DNA of 64,000 nucleotides, taken from contig CAWBMP010000004.1 in the NCBI GenBank assembly GCA_963790025.1, forward strand, positions 1,504,001 to 1,568,000, given 5' to 3'. Made by a program: the position numbers and the translations under genes. Source of the stretch: Nitrospirota bacterium. GTDB lineage: Bacteria > Nitrospirota > Thermodesulfovibrionia > Thermodesulfovibrionales > Dissulfurispiraceae. The notes under the pieces are model-generated. The model worked only from the letters and a program-made list of their open reading frames with translations, did no database searches and was not told the origin of the DNA. Numbering within the stretch: position 1 is the stretch's first letter; each line of letters begins with the position of its first letter. Below are positions 9,932 to 20,143 of the stretch, piece after piece.

Positions 9932-12274
9932 GTGGATCAGGCAACGCACAATAAGATAGTTTCCTTTATCTGGGGCATCGCCGACGATGTTCTACGCGAC
10001 CTGTTCAAGCGTGGTAAATACCCCGATGTTATTTTGCCGATGTGCGTATTGCGCCGGCTCGATGCAGTGCTGGAGCCAACAAAGAAAGCTGTGATAGAAA
10101 CGAAGGAGATGCTCGATAAGGCCGGTATCACTGAGCAACGCGCTGCGCTTTGTCAGGCCGCTGAGCAGGCTTTTTACAATACCTCGAAGTTTACACTTCG
10201 CGATCTGAAATCCCGGGGTAGCCAACAGCAGCTGAAGGCCGACTTTGAAGCCTATCTCGATGGCTTCTCGCCCAACATTCAGGACATCCTAGAAAACTTC
10301 AAGTTTCGTAATCAGATTTCCACACTTTCGAAGTCCGACTCCCTCGGCACATTGATAGAAAAGTTTCTCGACACTGAAATCAACCTCAGTCCTAATCCTG
10401 TGCTCAATAGCGACGGTTCGGTGAAACACCCGGGTATGGACAACCACTCCATGGGTACCGTATTCGAGGAACTTGTCCGGAAGTTTAATGAGGAGAACAA
10501 CGAGGAGGCTGGCGAGCACTGGACCCCACGTGATGCCGTAAAGCTGATGGCCAACCTCATTTTTCTGCCTATTGCCGATGTTATACAGTCCGGCTCTTAT
10601 CTGCTCTACGACGGCGCACTCGGTACTGGTGGCATGCTCACTGTAGCGGAAGAAACACTGAGAGGTATTGCTTCTAAAAGCGGCAAGCAGGTAACCACGC
10701 ATCTCTATGGCCAGGAAATCAACCCTGAGACCTATGCTATCTGCAAGGCTGACATTATTTTGAAGGGCGAAGGTGAAAACGCCGACCACATCGTCGGCGG
10801 CGCTGAATGGTCCACGCTTTCGCATGATGCCTTCCCGGCTCGTGAGTTCGACTTTATGCTCTCCAACCCGCCTTACGGCAAGAGCTGGAAGAAAGACCTC
10901 GAAAATATGGGTGGCAAGGATAGTATGCGCGATCCTCGCTTCAAGATCACTCATGCAGATGACCCCGACTATTCCCTTGTTACCCGCTCCAGTGACGGCC
11001 AGATGCTGTTCCTGGCAAACATGGCTGCTAAGATGAATCACAAAACACCGCTGGGCAGCCGTATTGCCGAGGTTCATAACGGTTCGTCTCTTTTTACCGG
11101 AGACGCCGGACAAGGAGAGAGCAACATCCGGCGTTGGCTTATCGAAAACGATTGGCTTGAGGCTATTGTCGCCCTTCCGCTCAATCTTTTCTACAACACC
11201 GGCATTGCCACCTATATCTGGGTGCTTACCAATCGCAAGCCCGAGCATCGCAAGGGCAAGGTGCAGCTAATCGACTCAACTCAATGGTTCAAACCCCTGC
11301 GTAAGAATCTCGGTAAAAAGAACTGTGAACTCTCCGAGGAAGACATTCGCCTAATCTGTGACACCTATATAGCTTTCAAGGCAAACGAACAGTCAAAAAT
11401 ATTCCCCAACGAGCACTTCGGCTATTGGAAGGTCATTGTTGAGCGTCCGCTTCGCCTGCACAGTCAGCTTACAGTAAAATCCATCGAATCGCTACGCTTT
11501 GCCTCTGGTGACGAAGATATCCGCTCACAGCTCTACGATGAGTTTGGCGAGGCCCTGTTCGATAACTTCGTCAGTGTTGAGAAGTCGTTGGAAAAACGGC
11601 TGGCCGACTGGGGCGCGGGTGACGAAGAGGACGATGCCGAAGATGGCGCAACCGCGAAGAGGGGACTTCCGGAAAAGAAAAAGAAGAGGCTCCTCGATTC
11701 CAGGACTTGGGAGCGTGATGCCCGGTTCATGGAAACTGCTAATGTCCTGCGACAGGAAATCGGAGGTGATCTCTTTGAGGACCACAACATCTTTCGCAAG
11801 GTTGTTGAAACTGCGCTTGAAAAACTCGGACGCAAAGTCTCCCCTGCTGATTCGAAGCTTGTCCTCCGCGCTGTAAGTTGGAGGGTTGAAACTGCCCCCC
11901 CTGTTATAGCTAAGGTGCACAAACCGAGCAAGACCACACCCGACCCACTGCATGGGCGATATGAGGCCAAATTAGACGGCAAGCAATGCGTGATCGAATA
12001 CGAGCCTGACATCGACCTGCGTGACACGGAACAGATACCGCTTCTTGAACCCGGTGGTATCGAAGCATTCATCCGCTGTGAAGTGTTGCCATACACACCC
12101 GATGCATGGATAAAGAAAGACGCCACCAAGGTTGGCTACGAGATCAGTTTTACGCGGCACTTCTACAAGCCCCAGCCGCTACGCACGCTGAAAGAAATCC
12201 ACGCTGATATTCTCATAGTAGAAAAAGAGGCGGAAGGATTGCTGGACGAACTGCTCAAGGACGGGACGAAGTGA
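9932..12274 (+). CDS. hsdM: Type I restriction-modification methyltransferase subunit (N6-adenine)
   Basis: FIWGIADDVLRD, GEHWTPRD, GTGGML, GQEIN, NPPYG, FYNTGI.TYIW. Confidence 0.96.
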   Translation: MDQATHNKIVSFIWGIADDVLRDLFKRGKYPDVILPMCVLRRLDAVLEPTKKAVIETKEMLDKAGITEQRAALCQAAEQAFYNTSKFTLRDLKSRGSQQQLKADFEAYLDGFSPNIQDILENFKFRNQISTLSKSDSLGTLIEKFLDTEINLSPNPVLNSDGSVKHPGMDNHSMGTVFEELVRKFNEENNEEAGEHWTPRDAVKLMANLIFLPIADVIQSGSYLLYDGALGTGGMLTVAEETLRGIASKSGKQVTTHLYGQEINPETYAICKADIILKGEGENADHIVGGAEWSTLSHDAFPAREFDFMLSNPPYGKSWKKDLENMGGKDSMRDPRFKITHADDPDYSLVTRSSDGQMLFLANMAAKMNHKTPLGSRIAEVHNGSSLFTGDAGQGESNIRRWLIENDWLEAIVALPLNLFYNTGIATYIWVLTNRKPEHRKGKVQLIDSTQWFKPLRKNLGKKNCELSEEDIRLICDTYIAFKANEQSKIFPNEHFGYWKVIVERPLRLHSQLTVKSIESLRFASGDEDIRSQLYDEFGEALFDNFVSVEKSLEKRLADWGAGDEEDDAEDGATAKRGLPEKKKKRLLDSRTWERDARFMETANVLRQEIGGDLFEDHNIFRKVVETALEKLGRKVSPADSKLVLRAVSWRVETAPPVIAKVHKPSKTTPDPLHGRYEAKLDGKQCVIEYEPDIDLRDTEQIPLLEPGGIEAFIRCEVLPYTPDAWIKKDATKVGYEISFTRHFYKPQPLRTLKEIHADILIVEKEAEGLLDELLKDGTK

Positions 12275-13713
12275 TCGCCGACCTTGAGCCCTATCCGGAA
12301 TATAAGGAGTCGGGTCAGACGTGGCTTGGCTCGGTGCCGAAGCATTGGGAAGTCGCTCGTCTTGGCTCTATCGGTGTTTTTTCAGCGAGTGGCATAGACA
12401 AGAAAACAGTGCGGGGCCAGCCGCTAGTTCGAATGATTAATTACTTAGATATTTATAAGAACGCCTTCCATGAATTGCGAGCGAGCAGAGTCTACATGCA
12501 AGTAAGTTGCCCAGAATGGAAACGACGCGCCCATTCCGTCAGTGTTGGAGACATTTTTTTCACACCTAGCTCCGAAACCGAAGATGAAATCGGCTATTCT
12601 GCTGTTGCTGTAGAAGAGCTGCCGAACACTGTCTATAGCTATCACGTGATACGCTTCCAACCAAAACTTAATATAGACCTGAATTTTCGAAAATACTTCT
12701 GTAATAACCATAGAGTTCTTTCTCAGTTTTCTGTTGCATGTACGGGAACCACGCGCAAGATTCTTTCACGAGACGACTTCCGGAACATTATTATCACACT
12801 CCCCCCGTCAGACGAGCAATCCGCTATTGGCCGGTTTCTCGATCATGCAACCCGACGGATAGAGCGAGCTATGCGAGTTAAACAAGAGGTGATCGCGCTG
12901 CTGAACGAGCAGAAGCAGGTCATCATCCAACGCGCAGTCACCCGTGGACTCGATCCCAATGTGCCCTGTAGACCCTCTGGCAGTTCATGGATCAAGGATA
13001 TTCCAACGCATTGGAAGGTGTTACGGGCGAAATATGTCTTTCGCGAGATTGATGAGCGCTCAATCACCGGATCGGAGGAATTGTTATCTGTTTCCCACAT
13101 CACCGGGGTCACACCACGAAGTGAGAAAAACATCACTATGTTTAAGGCATCATCCTACATTGGCCACAAGCTCTGTCGTCCCGGGGATCTGGTAATCAAC
13201 ACGATGTGGGCATGGATGTCAGCGCTTGGTGTTTCAAAACTCATTGGTATTGTCAGTCCCTCCTACGCAGTCTACCGTCCGCGCAATCCCGAAAAGCTCG
13301 TCGACGAATACCTCGATCATCTTCTACGGACACGCTTATACGTATCTGAATATATATGCCGTTCAACCGGAATCAGATCGTCGCGGTTGAGGCTTTATCC
13401 AGAGGAATTCTTTAAGATTCCTATTCTTCTACCGCCTGTTGAGGAGCAGAAGAGAATAGTTCATCAAATATCTTCGAAGACTGCTGACATGAGTACTGCT
13501 ATCCACCGCACCGAGCGCGAAATCACCCTGCTTCGCGAATACCGCACCCGCTTGATCGCCGATGTAGTCACGGGCAAGCTTGATGTGCGCAAGGCGGCGA
13601 AGAATCTGCCGGATGAGGCGGCTGAATCGGGTATAATGATGGATGAGGATGAAATACCGGCTGGGGATGATGAGATGGGGGACGGAATGAGCGCTGAGGA
13701 TGGAGAGTTATGA
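12271..13713 (+). CDS. hsdS: Type I R-M specificity subunit with acidic C-terminal tail
   Basis: YPEYKESG..WLG.VP.HW, two TRDs with PP..EQ repeats, LLREYRTRLIADVVTGKLDVR. Confidence 0.94.
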   Translation: MIADLEPYPEYKESGQTWLGSVPKHWEVARLGSIGVFSASGIDKKTVRGQPLVRMINYLDIYKNAFHELRASRVYMQVSCPEWKRRAHSVSVGDIFFTPSSETEDEIGYSAVAVEELPNTVYSYHVIRFQPKLNIDLNFRKYFCNNHRVLSQFSVACTGTTRKILSRDDFRNIIITLPPSDEQSAIGRFLDHATRRIERAMRVKQEVIALLNEQKQVIIQRAVTRGLDPNVPCRPSGSSWIKDIPTHWKVLRAKYVFREIDERSITGSEELLSVSHITGVTPRSEKNITMFKASSYIGHKLCRPGDLVINTMWAWMSALGVSKLIGIVSPSYAVYRPRNPEKLVDEYLDHLLRTRLYVSEYICRSTGIRSSRLRLYPEEFFKIPILLPPVEEQKRIVHQISSKTADMSTAIHRTEREITLLREYRTRLIADVVTGKLDVRKAAKNLPDEAAESGIMMDEDEIPAGDDEMGDGMSAEDGEL

Positions 13714-14367
13714 GCCCTGTCCCTGCAGACCCCAAAATCTACCACATCACCCACCTGCGCAATTTGCCGGAGATTATTCAATCCGGCTGCCTTTGGTCTG
13801 ATGCCAAGCGCCTTGAGTTATGCCTTGACTGCGAAATCGTTGGCATGTCCGCGATCAAGCAGCGGCGACTAAAAGAAATTGAAGTCGATTGCAATTCGGG
13901 TACTAAAGTCGGTGAATACGTGCCCTTCTATTTTTGCCCTCGCTCGATAATGCTTTATATACTGCACATGGGCAACCATCCAGGATCTTAATTATCGGGA
14001 AGGGCAACACCCCATCGTGCATCTCCAGGCCGACCTGATGGCGACTATTCGATGGGCGAAGGATCATGGTGTCCTATGGGCCTTTTCTGATTGCAATGCT
14101 GGTACATACTACACCAATTTTTATAACCGAAGAAGAGATTTGGACAAGGTGAATTGGGCCGCTGTTCACTCGAGTGATTTCAGAGATATGCTTGTCAAAG
14201 AAGGCAAACAGGCCGAGTTTCTGGTCTATGAGTCCTTTCCCTGGCATCTGATAGAAAAAATCGGGGTTTGCGATACTCATATTGCTGATAAGGTGAATAT
14301 AATTTTGGATCGTGCCGGCATCACCCATCATCCGGCTATTCTTAAGAAGCCGTCATGGTATTATTAA
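13710..14367 (+). CDS. darT: DarT DNA ADP-ribosyltransferase toxin (DUF4433), split by a +1 frameshift at ~13983
   Basis: IYHITH..NL..I, YVPFYFCPRSIMLY, FSDCNAG, KQAEFLV; removing one G from CATCCAGGATCTT gives HPDLNYREGQ and joins both ORFs. Confidence 0.88.
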
Positions 14368-14382
14368 AGTAGGGGGGAAGTT

Positions 14383-15429
14383 ATGATAAAATTGCATCGC
14401 GGAGACATTCTAAAAGCTGATGCCGAGGCTCTGGTCAATACAGTAAACTGCGTTGGTGTTATGGGACGTGGTATTGCGCTGCAATTCCGCAAGAAATTCC
14501 CCGGGAATTACGAGGAATATCGGCAGATGTGCGACAAGGGCAAGCTCATGATTGGAATGATGATGGTCCACGATCTCCATAGTCTGATGAACCCTCGATT
14601 TATTATTAACTTTCCAACCAAGCGCCATTGGAAGGGGAAGAGCCGCATTGAGGATATTAAGGCGGGGCTAAAAGCTTTAGTCGAGGAAGTGCGTGCTTAT
14701 GGTATTCGCTCAATCGCGATTCCACCTCTCGGATGCGGACTGGGAGGGCTGGACTGGAATGATGTGCATCGGTTAATTGAAAAGGCTTTTAGTGAGCTTC
14801 CTGAAGTCCAGGTGTTTCTCTACGAACCTTCTGGAGCACCACCTGCCGAGGAGATGCCCAAAGAAAGGCGAATACCTCCGATGACCAGCGGGCGTGCTGC
14901 GCTACTGGGTCTGATGCAGCGTTATTTGCAAGCGGTTCTGGATCCATTTGTCTCGCTGTTGGAGATCCACAAACTGATGTATTTCATGCAGGAGAGCGGC
15001 GAAAATCTCAAACTGCGTTTTCAGAAGGGAACATACGGTCCTTATGCCGAGAACCTACGACATGTTTTAAGCGCTATCGAAGGGCATTTTATCAGCGGTT
15101 ATGGCGATGCCGAAGACCGTCCCGACAAGCAGATCGAGTTAATATCTGATGCTGTCGAGCATGCAGAATCGGTCTTGAGAGATAATCCTCAAACCATGGT
15201 TCGCTTTGATCGAGTAGTTGACCTGATCAAGGGTTTCGAAACTCCTTATGGAATGGAACTCTTATCAACCGTACATTGGGTTATTACACGAGATGACGCC
15301 GCAACAAGTGACGAGGCTATTTCCAAAACATACGCATGGAACGATAGAAAACGAATGTTTGCAGAGACACATATTCGACTGGCCCTGGATGTTTTACAGC
15401 GCAAGGGTTGGTTGAAGTTAGGCACATGA
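14383..15429 (+). CDS. darG: DarG antitoxin, macrodomain ADP-ribosyl glycohydrolase
   Basis: AEALVNTVNCVGVMGRGIALQF, INFPTKRHW, SIAIPPLGCGLGGLDW, HKLMYFMQE, GFETPYGMELLSTVHW. Confidence 0.93.
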   Translation: MIKLHRGDILKADAEALVNTVNCVGVMGRGIALQFRKKFPGNYEEYRQMCDKGKLMIGMMMVHDLHSLMNPRFIINFPTKRHWKGKSRIEDIKAGLKALVEEVRAYGIRSIAIPPLGCGLGGLDWNDVHRLIEKAFSELPEVQVFLYEPSGAPPAEEMPKERRIPPMTSGRAALLGLMQRYLQAVLDPFVSLLEIHKLMYFMQESGENLKLRFQKGTYGPYAENLRHVLSAIEGHFISGYGDAEDRPDKQIELISDAVEHAESVLRDNPQTMVRFDRVVDLIKGFETPYGMELLSTVHWVITRDDAATSDEAISKTYAWNDRKRMFAETHIRLALDVLQRKGWLKLGT

Positions 15430-18400
15430 CTTCAGATACCAGTGAAAAAGGCCTCGAAGACCTGATCATGCGCTACATGACTGGCAAAGATGGTCTCGCG
15501 CCGGTCTCTACTGAAGGTGTGGCGGAAGAGACTGAGTCTATTGGCGGTAGCGGTTGGATCGCAGGGCATGCGGTCTTCTACGATCGGGGTCACGCACTGG
15601 ATTCAGCAGAGCTCTTTTCCTTCCTCCAGGCCACCCAGCCGGAAGAGTTCAAAAAACTCGGTATTGGAAACTACAAAGACACGAAGGATATCGCACGTCT
15701 GAAGTTTTTCGCTCGATTAAGCAGCGATATCGCCAAGCGCGGTGTGATTGACGTGCTCCGGCACGGCATCAAACATGGGGCGCTTTCTTTCGACCTGTTT
15801 TATGGCACGCCCTCACCTGGCAACGACAAGGCGACACGGTTATTCTCTGCCAACCGGTTCAGCGTTACCCGTCAGCTTCGATACAGCCTAGATGAGACAC
15901 GCCGGGCACTGGATCTGTGCTTGTTTATCAACGGCCTGCCCTTTGCGACTTTCGAATTGAAGAATAGCCTGACAAAGCAGACAGTTGAGGATGCCATGGA
16001 GCAATACAGACGCGACCGAGACCCAAGGGAGACGCTGTTTCAGTTCGGGCGCTGCATGGTCCATTTCGCTATGGATGACCACGAGGTGCGGATGTGCACC
16101 GCATTGAAGGGCTCAAAGGCGCCAAGGATTCATGGTTTCTCCCCTTCAACCAGGGCTGGAACGAAGGTGCGGGCAATCCGCCCAACCCGGCGGCGTTAAA
16201 GACCGATTATCTATGGAAGAAGCATTCTGATTCCTCGGGGAATCACCGACATCATGGAAAACTATGCCCAGATCGTAGAGGAGAAGAACGAGAAGACGGG
16301 GAAGAAGAGGCGAGAGCAGATTTTCCCCCGCTATCACCAGCTCGACGTGGTGCGCAAACTTCTCGCCGATGTGGCGTGAAATGGCGCCGGGCAAACGGTA
16401 TCTCATCCAGCACTCTGCTGGCAGCGGCAAGTCGAACTCCATCGCCTGGCTGGCGCACCAGTTATCGGGCTGCGCAAGGACGATGAGGAGGTTTTCGACT
16501 CAATCATCGTCATCACCGACCGACGTATCCTCGATAGGCAAATTCGAGGCGACAATCAAGCAGTTTCGCCCAGGTTTGCGCGATTATCGGGCGTGCAAAA
16601 GCGACGCCAGTCGAAACCTGCAGCTTGCAAGTTCATAGAGAGCGGCAAGAAGATAATCATCACCACAGTGCAGACGTTCCCCTTCATCCTTGACGAGATC
16701 GGAGAGGAGCATCGGGGCAGGAAGTTCGCCATCATCATTGACGAAGCCCATTCCAGCCAGGGCGGCCGTACAGCTGCCGCAATGAGCATGGCATTGTCCG
16801 AGCCGGGAAGACAGGATAAACGAAACGACCGAGGACAAATCAACCGCATCATCGAGTCGCGGAAGATGCTGACCAACGCCAGCTACTTCGCCTTCACAGC
16901 CACGCCGAAGAACAAGACCCTGGAGATGTTCGGCAGCCATATCCGGGTGAGGACGAGGTGAAGCACCGTCCTTTCCACAGCTACACGATGAAGCAGGCAA
17001 TACAGGAGGGTTTCATTCTCGACGTGCTCAAGAGCTACACGCCAGTGGACAGCTACTACAGCCTCGTCAAGACCATCGAGGGCGATCCGGAATTCGACAT
17101 GAAGAAGGCGCAAGAAGAAACTGCGACAGCTACGTCGAGAGTCACGACAAGGCCATCCGGCGAAAGGCCGAGATCATGGTAGACCACTTCCATGAGCAGG
17201 TAATCGGTCAGAACAAGATCGGCGGGCAGGCGCGGGCGATGGTCGTCATGCGGCGGATCAACGGGCGATCCAGTATTTCTCATGCTTTCCGCGAGTACCT
17301 CGAGAAGACGGAAAAGCCCGTACAAGGCCATCGTCGCCTTCTCCGGCGAGCAGGAATACAGGCGGCGAGAAGGTCAGCGAGGCAAAGCTAAACGGGTTCC
17401 CGAGCAACGACATCGCGGACAAGATTCAGGAAGACCCATATCGCTTCCTCATCTGCGCCGACAAGTTCCAGACTGGCTACGACGAGCCGCTGCTGCACAC
17501 GATGTATGTGGACAAGCCGCTGTCCGGCATAAAAGCCGTGCAGACGCTCTCTCGCCTGAACCGGGCGCACCCCAAGAAACACGACGTGTTCGTGCTCGAC
17601 TTCCAGAACAACACAGAGACAATCAAGTATGCGTTTGCGGACTATTACCGCACCACCATCCTCAGCAAGGAGACGGATCCGAACAAACTCCACGATCTAA
17701 AAGAGGCATTGGACAGGTATCAGGTGTATGCGCCGGAGCAGGTTGAGACCCTGGTGAAGCCTCTATCTGGATGGTGCGGAGCGCGACAAACTCGATCCGA
17801 TTCTCGACACATGTGTGGCGGTGTATGATGAACGAGCTTGACGAAGACGGGCAGGTGGATTTCAAGGGCAAGGCCAAGGCGTTCACCCGCACATATGACT
17901 TCCTCGCGACAATTCTCCCATACGGCAACGCGGAGTGGGAAAAACTCTCGATTTTCCTGAAGTTTCTCATGCCGAAGTTGCCCGCACCCAAGGAAGAAGA
18001 CCTCGCAAAAGGAATCCTCGAAGCCATCGACATGGACAGCTATCGGGCTGAGAAGAAGGCTGCCATGAAAATTATGCTTTCTGACGAGAACGCAGAGATC
18101 AATCCCATGCCGGTTGACGATGGTCACAGAAAAGCGGAGCCAGAAATGGATAGGCTCAGCAACATTCTGAAGATGTTCAATGAACAGTTCGGGACCCTCT
18201 TTACCGACGGCGACCGTATTATCCGTCGGATCACCGAAGACATCGCCCCGAAGGTTGCCGAGGACCAACCCTATCAAAACGCCAAGAAAAACACTCCGGA
18301 TACGGCGCGTATTGAACTGGACGCTGCGCTAATGCGTGTGGTCGGTCCTTTGCTGAAGGACGACACCGAATTCTACAAGCAGTTCGTTCAGAACGAGTCG

Positions 18401-18463
18401 TTCAAACGATTTGTGACAGACATGGTTGTCAAACTCACAGGCGGATCGAACGTTTACAGGTAG
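15426..18463 (+). pseudogene. hsdR: Type I R-M restriction subunit, broken by many frameshifts between ~16100 and ~17830
   Basis: Collinear fragments in different frames: MTSDTSEKGLE, FELKN, FLPFNQG, RYHQLD, QHSAGSGKSNSI, IIDEAHSSQ, FAFTATPK, YTMKQAIQEGFILDV, KFQTGYDEP, VQTLSRLNR. Confidence 0.9.
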
Positions 18464-18688
18464 CCTTTATTAATTAGATGTGAGACATTTAGGCGGCGCA
18501 TAACACCTGATTCTGAACAGTCCCGACATCTCAGGAACACCGTTGATTTCCGGGTATAACCTTGCGTCGCGCATGTAGCTTGGTCATTTGGACGCACTGA
18601 CTGAAAGCAAGTAGTGATAAGATAGAATGGATAGGTCCGCGAAGATTGGCCCCGTAGGCATTTGACCAGCATGATCTTGTAATAATAA

Positions 18689-20020
18689 TTAAGAAGTAAG
18701 TAAGAGATTCAAAGATGCGATTTTTGTATTGTAAAACTCCCTAAAGACATCATCAACATTCTTTTTATTTTGAAACGTGTACATGTGCTCTATGCGGAAT
18801 GCATCTAAGGCTTTTGTAAGAACAAAATCAGCAATCTCCTTTCGTCCGATTACAGCAAGAGAGGGAGACAAAGACGAGAATTCGGCAACTATTTCTCTTT
18901 CGTAGTAATCAGTAATCAAATGTGCAGGATTTAAATCAAATATGAATAAGAAATCTGACATAGTTTTAAGAGTTAAATATTTTTGATCGCTCAATAATTT
19001 AGAGATAACAATGTTATATCTTTGAGACTCACCTAATAAAAGGGCAGCGCCGCGCTGCAGGATTCCAAGTGGCATTTTATATTGTAAGCCAAATGCATCT
19101 AAGTCAGTCCATGGTAACCTATCTAATACCGAAAAGCCAGACTGACTGATAAAATCTAAGAATAAAGACGATACATCATTTGATGACAAATCTTGAACAG
19201 CTTGTGATATGGCTTCCTCCAACTCAGATAAGTTACTGTTCAACTGATCGGGATTGTAAATCGGTCCTTTATTCCAATAATGCGAAAACTTACTAGCAAA
19301 TGATTCACAAGTTATATCTTTATTAAACTCGAAGATATGCTGCTCTTCATCTACCGGTAGATATTTCTGAACAGTCAGCCAATCCGGCGAATTCTCAACA
19401 AGAACATCAATGATTTTGTCTATTACCGCAGTCATGGTACCGTCTGCCTGTACCTCAATGACTTTTTCACCGAGGTTTCTAAGATACTCGATAGCTTCAG
19501 CATACTTCTTCTTTGTCTGGTTAAGATTCCTTTCGAAGAGCTCCTTTGTTTCTTGGCGATTCCTCATTCGATCATAACAGGTAGAACTACTCGCGTTTAA
19601 AAAAATGGTCAAGTCTGGTTTTAGAACACCTGAATTAAGGTTCATTATATTATCAAAAGAGAGGTCGCCATTACTCTGATAAACTAATGATGATAGATAA
19701 TAGCGATCACAAACAACAAGGCGCGGCGTTCCGTTTGCCTGATTGAGAAAAGGAATAATTTCCCTATCACAGTGATCAGCTCGATTGACCGCAAAGGCAA
19801 GAGCCAGTGTTCGGTGAGGAACATCTTTAAGTTTGCGCATTAATATTTGTCGGATAAATAGGCCAGCACAAGAAGGATCATGAGGTTCAAATGTCAACTT
19901 GACATTCTTGCCCAAGGTGGACTGAAGTATCTTAACCAACCGACGGGTTATTGAGCTTTTTCCTGACCCATCGACTCCTTCAATAACCACAAAAAAACCA
20001 TTAGTATTATTACTTTCCAT
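18689..20020 (-). CDS. Thymidylate (dTMP) kinase domain fused to a ~230 aa C-terminal domain of unknown function
   Basis: IEGVDGSGKSS P-loop, FEP, R..H, VCDRYYLSSLVYQ, KPDLTIFL; 443 aa versus ~210 aa for housekeeping Tmk. Confidence 0.85.
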   Translation of the reverse strand: MESNNTNGFFVVIEGVDGSGKSSITRRLVKILQSTLGKNVKLTFEPHDPSCAGLFIRQILMRKLKDVPHRTLALAFAVNRADHCDREIIPFLNQANGTPRLVVCDRYYLSSLVYQSNGDLSFDNIMNLNSGVLKPDLTIFLNASSSTCYDRMRNRQETKELFERNLNQTKKKYAEAIEYLRNLGEKVIEVQADGTMTAVIDKIIDVLVENSPDWLTVQKYLPVDEEQHIFEFNKDITCESFASKFSHYWNKGPIYNPDQLNSNLSELEEAISQAVQDLSSNDVSSLFLDFISQSGFSVLDRLPWTDLDAFGLQYKMPLGILQRGAALLLGESQRYNIVISKLLSDQKYLTLKTMSDFLFIFDLNPAHLITDYYEREIVAEFSSLSPSLAVIGRKEIADFVLTKALDAFRIEHMYTFQNKKNVDDVFREFYNTKIASLNLLLTS

Positions 20021-20143
20021 ATATTATATTAACTCTTTTATAATGTAGAACATCAAAATTAAATATTAGTAGATCTTATCCAATTATACAATCACTTTGT
20101 CAATTTAGAATATGATGCAGTCGGATCATATTCTATCAGTTCA

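Noticed and set aside
10289..12129. Long antisense ORFs (319 aa and 198 aa) opposite hsdM, and similar shadow ORFs opposite hsdR, metF, glyA and rsmG
   Set aside because: Fully overlap well-supported genes and carry no recognisable motifs
18495..18600. attC-like site downstream of the Tmk gene (GTCCAAATGACCAAGCT...GGTGTTATGC on the minus strand)
   Set aside because: R boxes are not complementary, inner pairing is poor and no integron integrase is present; an IntegronFinder run would settle it
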